From: an uncultured Bacteroides sp.
GTDB taxonomy: Bacteria; Bacteroidota; Bacteroidia; Bacteroidales; Muribaculaceae
Length of the DNA stretch: 64,000 nt
NCBI GenBank assembly: GCA_964549975.1
Contig: CAZJWM010000001.1
Span: forward strand, 146-64,145
Direction: 5' to 3'
Position 1 is the first letter of the stretch; every line of letters begins with the position of its first letter. This document shows, one piece after another, positions 32,766-42,700 of this stretch. The notes beneath the pieces are model-generated. The model ran no database searches and was not told the DNA's origin. It saw only the letters and a list, made by a program, of their open reading frames with translations. The translations under genes and the position numbers were made by a program.

Positions 32766-34988
32766 ATGAATCACAAGATTTCCCTTACCCTAATTAGCCT
32801 CACACTTTCTTCGGCAGCCGCTCTGGCCTCGACTAACGTACCGGAAATCACCGGACTGACATTCGAAGAATATCCCACCTCGGTGGCAGGCGTGAAAACC
32901 TACTGCGGCCATGGCGCCAACGGCGAATTTGCCGTGGTGGCCATCACAGACAAAGGCACAATGACCGGCACACTCTACGGCGCCGACTCCGTGACCTACG
33001 ACCTGAGCCGCGATGCCTCCGGCAAAATCGTGCGCACCCCCGTCGCCTCCGACGGTCGCAAATGCGGTCTGGCCGACAATGCTGCCGACGAAGACTTCGC
33101 GGCAACAATCCGCCGCTCTGCCGCCGATGAGCCCTACGAATATCCCTCGGATAGCCACACCGTCATTTACGACGAAGACCTCAACCGCAACACCGGCTTG
33201 GTCTACGTCTACCGCACGGCAATCCCATTCACCTACAAGGTGTTTAACAACTCGGTAATATATAAAGACAAAGATAAGGTCTACGCCAAGTGGGCCGAAT
33301 TGGAAGCCACGTTCAACTCCACTTTCGGTCGGCAGCTCTCCATCCGTCTGGAGGTGATTAAAGACGACCGACTCATCATCACCGACTCATCTAACACCTG
33401 GCCCGGCTCCACCGTGGCAAGCACCATCACCAATATTGGCACCTCATCCATTAACGACCTTATCGGCGAAGACGCCTACGATGTCGGCATCATCATCACC
33501 AACATCTCTTCCAGCGAAGCAGGCCTTTCTGTGATGCCCGGCGCCTACACCAAGTCGCAGCGCGGCAATGCCGTAGCCTTGTTGTCACCATCGACCATCT
33601 GCCACGAGTTGGGCCACCTGTTCGGCACCAACCACACCGGCACCACAGCCTCCAGCAGCTATCGCACAGAGCCCGATGCCGGCACTTCGATAATGGGCTA
33701 CGGCTATACCCGCACGGAGTTTTCATTCGTGTCGGTCTACCGTATTCGCCACTGTCTGGCCATGAACTCTCACTATTCCGACTCCGGGCGCACTCAGCTG
33801 GTGAATAATCCCTCGCAAAACAGCGCCTACAACAATTTCCCCTACGCCATCGTCTCCGACAATCAGCCGCCGGTGATGGACAAGAGCCGACTGAAGCGTA
33901 GCTACAACCTGCCCAAAGGTTCGCTCTTCCAATTCGACATCAAAGCCACCGACCCCGACGGCGATGCGTTGACCTACAACGCCATCCAAGCCGACGTGCT
34001 CAATTCCTCACGCGGATTTACCTCCAATCCCAAAATCGCTTACCACGACCAATCGTCCAACCCCTGCGTGCGCTTCCAGCCCACATGGTCATATGGCTGG
34101 AGCAGCAAAACGTGGACTAAAGACGATTACACCGACGTGCGCGACCTCTCCACCGGCGCTTATCGCTTCTGGCTTGAAGTTAACGACGGTCGCGACGACG
34201 CCACCCACGCCGTGGGCTACGACGCGTATGAAACCGTGGTCAACATCGTGAGCGGCACCCCCTTTGAAATGACCGGCAGCTACGCCTCATCCTACACCAC
34301 CGGCACTCGCGTGCCACTGACGTGGAATGTCGACACAGACGTGTTTGGCGAAGACAGCCGTGTGCGCATCATGCTCTCCGACGACTTTGGCGCCACATGG
34401 AAATACACCCTGCTCCCCGATGCCCCCAACAACGGTTCGGCCGAAGTGATTCTGCCGCAAATCTCCATCGGCAAAGTAATCTATGGCGACGAGTCAGACA
34501 ACAAGCAAGTTAACGCAGGCTTGATTAAAGTGGAAGTGATCGACCACGTAGCCTATGCCGTAACCGCCATTGAGCCGGTTGACTCGTGGAACTATATGTC
34601 AGGCGGCTTCACGCTCTCAGCCTCGGCCATCACATTTAGCAACACTCCCGAGCGCTACGTGGAAATCTCCTCGCGCAAAGACCTGCCCGAAGTTGCCGAC
34701 GTGAAAGCCTACAACGGCGCCACTGCCCTCGACGTGACCTACACCGAAACCGACCACGACAGCTACATCTCGCGCGTATGGCAAGCCACTTCCGGCAACA
34801 CCACCTCCGCATTTGAGCAGATCATCGTCATCAACGACGCCAACATCGGCACCAGCGCCATCTCCGACCTGCAGCAGCGCCCCGCCAACGTCTCCGGCGA
34901 GACCTTCGACCTGCTTGGCCGACGCGTCAACGATGCCGCTTTGCGCCCCGGAATCTATGTCCGAGGTGGCAAACTCGTGACAATTTGA
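32766..34988 (+). CDS. Secreted metzincin-type zinc metalloprotease with a T9SS C-terminal sorting domain
   Basis: Signal peptide, HELGHLFGTNH (HExxHxxGxxH), and a C-terminus ...FDLLGRRVNDAALRPGIYVRGGKLVTI typical of Por/T9SS CTDs. Confidence 0.8.
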   Translation: MNHKISLTLISLTLSSAAALASTNVPEITGLTFEEYPTSVAGVKTYCGHGANGEFAVVAITDKGTMTGTLYGADSVTYDLSRDASGKIVRTPVASDGRKCGLADNAADEDFAATIRRSAADEPYEYPSDSHTVIYDEDLNRNTGLVYVYRTAIPFTYKVFNNSVIYKDKDKVYAKWAELEATFNSTFGRQLSIRLEVIKDDRLIITDSSNTWPGSTVASTITNIGTSSINDLIGEDAYDVGIIITNISSSEAGLSVMPGAYTKSQRGNAVALLSPSTICHELGHLFGTNHTGTTASSSYRTEPDAGTSIMGYGYTRTEFSFVSVYRIRHCLAMNSHYSDSGRTQLVNNPSQNSAYNNFPYAIVSDNQPPVMDKSRLKRSYNLPKGSLFQFDIKATDPDGDALTYNAIQADVLNSSRGFTSNPKIAYHDQSSNPCVRFQPTWSYGWSSKTWTKDDYTDVRDLSTGAYRFWLEVNDGRDDATHAVGYDAYETVVNIVSGTPFEMTGSYASSYTTGTRVPLTWNVDTDVFGEDSRVRIMLSDDFGATWKYTLLPDAPNNGSAEVILPQISIGKVIYGDESDNKQVNAGLIKVEVIDHVAYAVTAIEPVDSWNYMSGGFTLSASAITFSNTPERYVEISSRKDLPEVADVKAYNGATALDVTYTETDHDSYISRVWQATSGNTTSAFEQIIVINDANIGTSAISDLQQRPANVSGETFDLLGRRVNDAALRPGIYVRGGKLVTI

Positions 34989-34992
34989 ACAC

Positions 34993-35036
34993 ATTTGCGC
35001 AAATTAGCTTACATAGGTTTGCTAATTTGCGCAAAT
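34993..35036. promoter_or_regulatory. Twin palindromic sites / 16-bp-stem hairpin between the protease and adhesin genes
   Basis: ATTTGCGCAAAT (34993-35004) and AATTTGCGCAAATT (35024-35037) are each self-palindromic, with centres 32 bp apart. Together they form a perfect 16-bp inverted repeat (34993-35008 / 35021-35036) with a 12-nt spacer. Confidence 0.6.
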
Positions 35037-35041
35037 TTAAG

Positions 35042-35049
35042 TAATTTTG
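35042..35049 (+). promoter_or_regulatory. Candidate -7 promoter element for the adhesin-like gene pair
   Basis: TAATTTTG lies immediately after the palindromes and 48 nt upstream of the ATG at 35098. Confidence 0.5.
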
Positions 35050-35097
35050 TCAATCGTTTCATCCCGACAATCATTTCATTCCAATTCTACATAACAG

Positions 35098-38000
35098 ATG
35101 AACAAATTCACTAACCCGGAACGCCTCACGGCGCTGGCCACTGCACTCGCGGCAGTGACGCTTACTGTCAGCGCTGCCGTTCCCACGACGCTGCGGCGAG
35201 CTGCCGCGTCGGGCTCGTCGCCATCCGGCACCAAGTCGGAAGTATCCACTTCTTTTTATCTGCAACCGCACTCCGCTATTGTCGGCTCTCAGAAGTCTGC
35301 AAACGGTGTGCGTTTTTTTAATCCTAACCAAATCGTAGGAAGCAACACAGAGGAAGCGGCTCCGTCGCTCAACATTATGCGTGCCGCCGGCAACAATGCC
35401 ACCATCTACGGCTACCGCGTGTGGACCAACACCGCCGACAAACTCCATCAATGGTGCCGCCTCAACTCCGACGGCTCAGTAGATGAGCCCTCATGGGCAG
35501 AGACCGCAACAAGCGATCTCAGTTATGAGTTGAACTATGGCTTCGTGAAAGATGACGTAATCTACGCCTCAACCTATACCTACGATGGCGAATACTACGA
35601 CAGCGCAATTTTCAAATACGACCTATCCACCGGTAAACTCAAAAACAATATCATAGTTGGCACCGGCGATGGTGAAATCACCGATGTTGTGCCCTTCGTG
35701 GTTTACGACGCCAACAACGATATCTGCTATAGTTACTCCTACACCACCGACGGACAAAGCCTGAAGTGGGGCACACTTGACCTCCAAAGAGGCGGAATCA
35801 CCATCCTCAACGAGAAAGTTAGCTGGAAGCCCGTGGCCATCGCCATCAACCCTGCCACCAGCGAAATCTTTGGTATCAACACCAACGGCACTTTCGGCAA
35901 AATCAACAAGTCAACCGGTGAAATCTCGCTGTTGCAATCCACCGGCGTAGCCCCCTACGCCACCTCGCAGGGCATGACCTACTCGCCCAACGACGGCGGC
36001 TTCGTGTGGACCGCAATCAGCAACACCACCTCCGACGGCACCAACCCCATCACACGCCGTGTGAGCATCGACCCCACCACGGGCGTTGTGACCGACAACA
36101 CGGTGATCACCGATGGCTCCGCCTTCACATTCATCTATTGCCCGGACAAAGCCGCATCAGCTGAGTCCGCTCCCGCAGCCGCCACCATCAACGGCGTAAA
36201 CTTCGAGAAGAATGCCCTCACCGGCAACGTGAACCTCACCATTCCTCTCAAAGGCGTTGACGGCAGCTCGCTCAGCGGCATCATCACGGTGAACGTCTAC
36301 GTTGACGGTGCCACCACCCCCGTGGCCTCCACCGGCACCCCCGGCCAGACCATCGACGTGCCCATCACCGTGAGCGAAGGTTCGCACACCGTCACCGTAA
36401 TACTCCTTTCCGGCACCGTTGAGGGCAACAGCACCTCCACAACATTCTACGCCGGCGACGACACCCCCTCGGCTCCCTCCAACGTGAAGCTCACCGAGAA
36501 GTCGCTCACATGGAGCGCCGTCACCACCGGCATCCACAACGGCTATGTTGACGCTTCGGCCGTGACCTACAACGTCTACCTCAACGGCACCAAAGCCAAC
36601 TCTACCCCCATCAACGGCACCAGCTACACTGTGAACCTCACCTCCGACGACATCAAGGCCAACAAGGCAGAGGTGGAAGCCGTCTATGCAGGCAAAACCT
36701 CGGAGAAGAGTTCATCCAACACCTTCGTGGCCGGCGCTTACTCGCTGCCTATGTCGTTCCTCCCCACCGCCGCCGAAGTCAACCTCTTCACCATCGAAGA
36801 CCGCAACGAGGACGGCCTCTACTGGGAATACTTCAAGGATGACAACCGCAGCATCGAAGGCGTGAAGTGTGACAACTCCGAAGACACTGACGTGCCCTCC
36901 GACGACTGGATGTTCCTCCCCCCGATGTATCTCGAACAGGGTCCCGGCGAATATCAGATTGACTGGGAAGTGCGCACCGGCAGCGTTTATCGCGGCGGCA
37001 GCTATGAAGTGATTGTCCGCAAGAAAGGCGCCGACGTCGAAGGCATCACACCGCTGATTGCCGAAGACTTCTACACCCTGTGGTATAAGGTGATGGACTT
37101 CACCGCCCGCTCAGTGAAGTTTGAAGTGTTGGAACCCGGCATCTACGAAGTGGGCTTCCACTGCACCAGTGCCTACAACACCTCTAATATTTATATCCGC
37201 AACATCGCCGTGGCCTCCACCGGTGTGATTCCCGAAGCTCCAGCTCGCGCCACCGACATCACCGCCAAGGCTGCAAGCTACGGCAAACTCAATGCCGACG
37301 TCACCCTGACGCTGCCCACCACCAACGTGTCGGGCGAGCCTCTTTCGGCCGAAAGCGTCACCGTCACCGTCAGCAGCTCCGTGGCTTCCAACAGCGCCAC
37401 CGGCAAGCCCGGCGAAACCGTCACCGTCAACGTTGAAACCGTGCAGGGCACCAACACCCTGAGCGTGGTCACCTCCATCGGCACCCACAAGGGCATGGAA
37501 ACCACCGTTGACGTCTACACCGGCGTTGACGTGCCCCAGCCCGTGGATATCACAAGCTACAAAGTCAGCGAAGACAACCTCTCAATCTACCTCGAATGGG
37601 AAACGTCCACCGAGGGCATGAACGGCGGCTTCGTTGATCCCGCATCCGTCACCTATCAGGTCACCTGGTATGACCTGAAGAACACCTTCTGGTGGGCCGA
37701 AACCGAAGCCACCTACACCGGCACCGACTACACCTACTACGCCAAGAAGCCCTCAATTCAGGCTGTTGAAACCGTGGGTGTGACCCCCTACAACTCCGCA
37801 GGTGTTCCCAAAGACGATGCCGGCAACAAGGCCGTTTCGATGGTTTACGCTGCCCTTGGTGCGCCCTACTCGCTCCCCATGGTTGAGAAATTCCCCGAAA
37901 CCAACACCTTCACCCCCATCATCATCGACACCCCCAGCGATCGCTATCAAGGCGACTGGTATTACAACAACCCCTCGGCCATCGACCCCGAAGCTGCCGT

Positions 38001-39720
38001 CTCCGACAACTATTGCTACATCTCCGCAAGCAACGTTGACGACACCTACAGCCTGCTGCGTCTGCCCAAGTTCTCCACCGAAGGCAAGAACGATGTCTAC
38101 ATGAACTTCCGCTTCTACTTCGACCAGTGGATGCCGCAAGTAGACATCTGCGCACTGACCTACGACGGCAAAAACCAAGTGATCGGCACCATCACCAACG
38201 AGATGGGCAACGCTTGGCAGAACGTCACCGTGCAGCTCCCCGAAGACTACCTGGGCTACAAGTGGGTGGAAATCGACGTCCGTCCCTACTTCGCTTCGGC
38301 AGCACAAGTGCTCTTCTTCGACGGCTACAACTTCCGTGAACCCGTTGAAAACGACCTCGGCATCGAATATTTCACCGGCAACACCTCCTTCTACGCCTTC
38401 AACGAAGTGACCTACTCCGCTGAGATCGACAACTACGGCACCGACGCCGTGGCCATGCCCCAGCCCACCCTCACCCTGAAGGTCGGCGAAAACGTCACCA
38501 CCATCGAAGCCAACGAAAAGCGCACCGGCGCCCTCGACCCCGGTGAAAGCGCCAAGTTCACCTTCACCGTCAACGCCAACACCGACTTCCTCGGCGACGG
38601 CACTCTGACGCTCAACGTCAACAGCGACGACGACTACATGGCCAACAACACCGAGACCATCAACGTGAGCATCAAGCAACTCGAAGCCTTCGTGGTCAAC
38701 GACCTCACCGGCGCAGTTGACAAGGAGCAAAACGTGATTCTCTCGTGGAGCGCTCCCACCGTGCCCACCGGCTCTGAAGACTTCGAAGACCTCGACGCAT
38801 TCTCCTACGACGACGTGCTGGGTCAATGGCTCAACATCGACGGCGACGGCTACACCATCTGGGGCTTTGAATCAACTTCATATCCCGGCATCGGTCTGGC
38901 CAAGGCTTGGCAGGTGATCGACAACAGCTACTTCGCCACCGACTATCAAGATCTCTTCCCCGCATCGAGCGGCACCAAGAGCATCATGGCCATCTGCCCC
39001 TATGCCGGCTATCCCGCCGACGACTGGTTGATCTCGCCCGAAGTGGAAGGCGGCAGCACCGTGACGTTCAACATCGCCGCCGTGGCCGTGGACTACACCC
39101 CCGAAAGCGTGGAAATCCTCGCCTCGTCAACCGGCCGCAACACCGAAGACTTCACCCTGGTTGAGGCCTTCACCGTCAATTCCGGCGACTATCAGAAGCG
39201 CACGTTCACTCTCCCCGCCGATGCTCGCTACTTTGCCATCCACTATGTCAGCGCCGACAAGTTTGGCGTCTTCATCGACGACATCGAATTCTCGCCGGTG
39301 GCTGCCTCGTGGAGCGTTGACGGCTACAACGTCTATCGCGACGGCCAAAAGATTGGCACCGCCACCGACGACGTGGAATACACCGACTCCAACGCTGCCT
39401 CCGGCACTCACGCCTACAACGTGGCCACCCTCGTCAACAAGGGCAACACCACCGAAGAGCAGCACCTCTCCAACACCGTCACCCTCACCCTCGATCGCGC
39501 TTCGCTGACCGATGCATCTCTTGCCGCCGGCTCTATCACCGGCTCTCGCGGTGCCATCATCATCAAGGGCTTCCGGGGCGAAAACTTCAGCGTCTTCGCT
39601 GCCGACGGTAAGACTCTCTCTGCCGGCAAGATCAACGGTGCACAAACCATCGTGCCCATGACCACCGGCGTCTACATGGTCAAAGTCGGCACGACTGTGG
39701 CCAAGATCATCGTGAAATAA
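35098..39720 (+). CDS. Large T9SS-sorted cell-surface protein (FN3/Ig-like plus cleaved-adhesin / choice-of-anchor-J-like modules)
   Basis: 1540 aa with a signal peptide. Internally duplicated modules (PSAPSNVKLTEKSLTWSAV...; GAYSLPM / GAPYSLPM; DDWMFLPP / DDWLISPEVEGG). T9SS CTD ...GVYMVKVGTTVAKIIVK. Confidence 0.85.
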   Translation: MNKFTNPERLTALATALAAVTLTVSAAVPTTLRRAAASGSSPSGTKSEVSTSFYLQPHSAIVGSQKSANGVRFFNPNQIVGSNTEEAAPSLNIMRAAGNNATIYGYRVWTNTADKLHQWCRLNSDGSVDEPSWAETATSDLSYELNYGFVKDDVIYASTYTYDGEYYDSAIFKYDLSTGKLKNNIIVGTGDGEITDVVPFVVYDANNDICYSYSYTTDGQSLKWGTLDLQRGGITILNEKVSWKPVAIAINPATSEIFGINTNGTFGKINKSTGEISLLQSTGVAPYATSQGMTYSPNDGGFVWTAISNTTSDGTNPITRRVSIDPTTGVVTDNTVITDGSAFTFIYCPDKAASAESAPAAATINGVNFEKNALTGNVNLTIPLKGVDGSSLSGIITVNVYVDGATTPVASTGTPGQTIDVPITVSEGSHTVTVILLSGTVEGNSTSTTFYAGDDTPSAPSNVKLTEKSLTWSAVTTGIHNGYVDASAVTYNVYLNGTKANSTPINGTSYTVNLTSDDIKANKAEVEAVYAGKTSEKSSSNTFVAGAYSLPMSFLPTAAEVNLFTIEDRNEDGLYWEYFKDDNRSIEGVKCDNSEDTDVPSDDWMFLPPMYLEQGPGEYQIDWEVRTGSVYRGGSYEVIVRKKGADVEGITPLIAEDFYTLWYKVMDFTARSVKFEVLEPGIYEVGFHCTSAYNTSNIYIRNIAVASTGVIPEAPARATDITAKAASYGKLNADVTLTLPTTNVSGEPLSAESVTVTVSSSVASNSATGKPGETVTVNVETVQGTNTLSVVTSIGTHKGMETTVDVYTGVDVPQPVDITSYKVSEDNLSIYLEWETSTEGMNGGFVDPASVTYQVTWYDLKNTFWWAETEATYTGTDYTYYAKKPSIQAVETVGVTPYNSAGVPKDDAGNKAVSMVYAALGAPYSLPMVEKFPETNTFTPIIIDTPSDRYQGDWYYNNPSAIDPEAAVSDNYCYISASNVDDTYSLLRLPKFSTEGKNDVYMNFRFYFDQWMPQVDICALTYDGKNQVIGTITNEMGNAWQNVTVQLPEDYLGYKWVEIDVRPYFASAAQVLFFDGYNFREPVENDLGIEYFTGNTSFYAFNEVTYSAEIDNYGTDAVAMPQPTLTLKVGENVTTIEANEKRTGALDPGESAKFTFTVNANTDFLGDGTLTLNVNSDDDYMANNTETINVSIKQLEAFVVNDLTGAVDKEQNVILSWSAPTVPTGSEDFEDLDAFSYDDVLGQWLNIDGDGYTIWGFESTSYPGIGLAKAWQVIDNSYFATDYQDLFPASSGTKSIMAICPYAGYPADDWLISPEVEGGSTVTFNIAAVAVDYTPESVEILASSTGRNTEDFTLVEAFTVNSGDYQKRTFTLPADARYFAIHYVSADKFGVFIDDIEFSPVAASWSVDGYNVYRDGQKIGTATDDVEYTDSNAASGTHAYNVATLVNKGNTTEEQHLSNTVTLTLDRASLTDASLAAGSITGSRGAIIIKGFRGENFSVFAADGKTLSAGKINGAQTIVPMTTGVYMVKVGTTVAKIIVK

Positions 39721-39757
39721 ACATTCCAACCAACCTATCCAACCATTTAGCACAACA

Positions 39758-42700
39758 ATGAACCTTAGACAATCAGTGCTCTCGGCAGCACTCTTGCTAA
39801 TGGGCGGAAGCACAATTCTCGCGGTCGACAATCCTGTCGACCGCGCTGTGCGCCCCGCGCCCCGCGCCTTGGCCACGGCCGTCGAAATCCCCGACTGGGC
39901 TCCCGGTCGACTGCTCGACTCCGGCAGCAAAGCCGCAGCGCAGCTCACCTCAGGCTTCACCCCGTTTGCATCATCCACCATTCGACGCATCTCCGACTCA
40001 GGCGCCACAGTTTCGGGCCTGCGCATCGGTGCCTCCACCGCCGCCGACTATCGCCTCGGCTGGTATGAAATCAACACCTCCAACGGCCAACAGACGCTGC
40101 TCTGGCCCACCGAACTGACCAACAAAGTGGGCTTCGTCAGAGACGGCATCTACTATGGCTTCTACTTCATGGAATTTTGGGGTAGCTACTATTCCAACTG
40201 GGCCGCCTACGACGTGGCCACCGGTGCCTACCTCAACGACCTCAAAGGCAACTATCTGGCCTACGACTACTCCACCTACGTGATCACATCCACCTACAAT
40301 GCCTCCGAAGACATGGGCTGGATCTACACCTTCAACGGCGACAAATCCGGCATGGTGTTCCAAAAGGTTGAACCCACCACCATGGAAATGCAGCCTGTCA
40401 ACGAAAACGTGGACATCACCAAAGCCGCCTTCGTTTGGGCCTACTATCCCAAAGATGGCAACGTCTACGGCATCACCTCCGGCGGCGACTTCGGTAAGGT
40501 CAACCCCAAAACCGGCGAAATCGACGACGCCATCGGCTCCACCGGCCTCTCAATCTCCACCTACTTGCAAGCCATGGTTTATTCGCCCATCGACCGCGCA
40601 TTCATGGCTGAACTTATCCTCAAAACCGGCAGCTCCGTGTTGGCCTCAATCGACCCGCTCACCGGCGTGGCCACCCCCATCACCACCTACGAAAACTCCA
40701 CGCAGTATGCCGTGCTGACATGCCCCGATGAGGTGCGCGACGACAACGCCCCGGGCGTGCCCACCTTCACCACCCTCAACTTCGACAAGGCATCTCTCGC
40801 CGGCTCCGGCTCCGCAACCTTCTCATCACTGACCTTCGGCGGCGCCAAGATGACAGGCACGGTGAGCTACACCGTCAACATCGACGACCAAGAAGCTGCC
40901 ACCGGCTCCGGCAACCCCGGAGAGCAGGTGACTTTCAACCTCACCACCACCGAAGGCCTCCACGAATTCACCTTCATCCCATGGGTGAAATCGGGCAACT
41001 CCGTGCTCGAAGGCCCGTCGGTGACGTTGACAAAATATGTGGGCAACGACATCCCCTCAGCCCCGGCAAACGTGGCCTACGACGGCAACTCCGTGAAATG
41101 GGACGCCGTGACCACCGGCGCTAACGGTGGCTACATCGACGCCACGAAGGTGACCTACAACGTCTACATCAACGACGTGAAGCAAAACACCTCGCCGTTG
41201 ACCGCCACCGAACTCGCCGTGACGATGCCCACCGGCGACATCGCCTACTACACCGCCACGGTTGAAGCCGTCTGCAACGGCAAGACCTCCGAAAAGGGCG
41301 CATCGGCCGCCACCAAACTCGGCGACGCCTTCGCTCTGCCTTTCACCATGACCCCCACCTCCGACGAAATTTCGCTCTGCACTCTGGTGAGCGGCACCGA
41401 CGGCTCCACCTACTGGCGCGAAAGCACCGACTACAACTACGACAATCAGGTGGTGCTCTGCCACGTGGCCAACTCCTCCACGGCATCCGACGACTGGGTG
41501 TTCCTCCCCAAAATCAAATTTGACAACGCTGCTGCCACCTACGAGGTGACCCTTGAGATGCGCGCAGGCCTGTCAAGCTATCCTGAAAAGATGGAAGTGT
41601 GCATCGGCGACGCTCCCGAAGCATCCGCAATGAAGAAGATTGCTTCGGAAACGCTCACCAACAACACCTACAAAGACTTCACCTACTATTTCGAAGTTGA
41701 CGCCGCAGGCGAAAAATACATCGGCATCCACTGCACATCGGCTGCCGGCATGTTCTATCTCTTCCTGCACAACGTGGCTGTGAAGCGCTCGGTCAAGACT
41801 CTCAACTGCCCGGCCGAGGTGACCAACCTCACCGCCACAGCCGGCGAAAAGGGCGCCCTCAAGGCCACTGTGGCCTTCAAGATGCCTATGTATAGCATTG
41901 GCGGCGAATCGCTCTACACATTCGACGGCAACGAGACTCTCACCGCCACAGTAACCAGCGGCACGGAGACCAAGACCGTGACCGGCACGCCCGGCTCGCG
42001 TCAATCCGTGGAAGTTGCCACCGCCCAAGGCGACAACACCATCACCGTCTACGCCACCAACACCACCGGCGACGGCGCCGAATCCACCGTTAGCGTCTAC
42101 ACCGGTCTGGCCCGTCCGGAAGCTGTGGCAGTCACAGCCGCCGCCAGCGACGACAACATGTCACTCATCCTCTCGTGGAAGACTCCCACCACAGGTGTGA
42201 ACGGCGGCTACATCGACCCCACCGCCATCACATATAATGTGTGGATTGCCTCCGACAACAGCTGGCTCCCGCTCGACGAACTCGCAGCAGATGCCACCAG
42301 CTACACCTACACCCTGCCCGCCGGCACCGCTCAGCAATATGTACGCCTGGGCCTGACCGTGAGCAACGTGGCCGGCCAAAGCGAAGACCTCGCATTTGCC
42401 TCCGGCGTGATTGGCAAGCCCTACTCGCTGCCTATGGTTGAAACCTTCGCCAACAGCGCCCTGGCCTACGAGCCCATCGTCGCGCAAGCTCTCGACGAAA
42501 ACTACGGCGGCGCTTGGGAATTTGAAGACCCCGCCTACATTGAAAGCGCAGCCGCCAATGCCACCGGCACCGCTCTGATTGGCTACACCAACAGCGTGAA
42601 CACCTACGCTCGCACCGCCCTGCCCAAGTTCTCCACCAAGGATGTGGACAAGGCCGACGTGACTGTGGAATTCTACATCGCCGACATCATGCCTCAGGTT

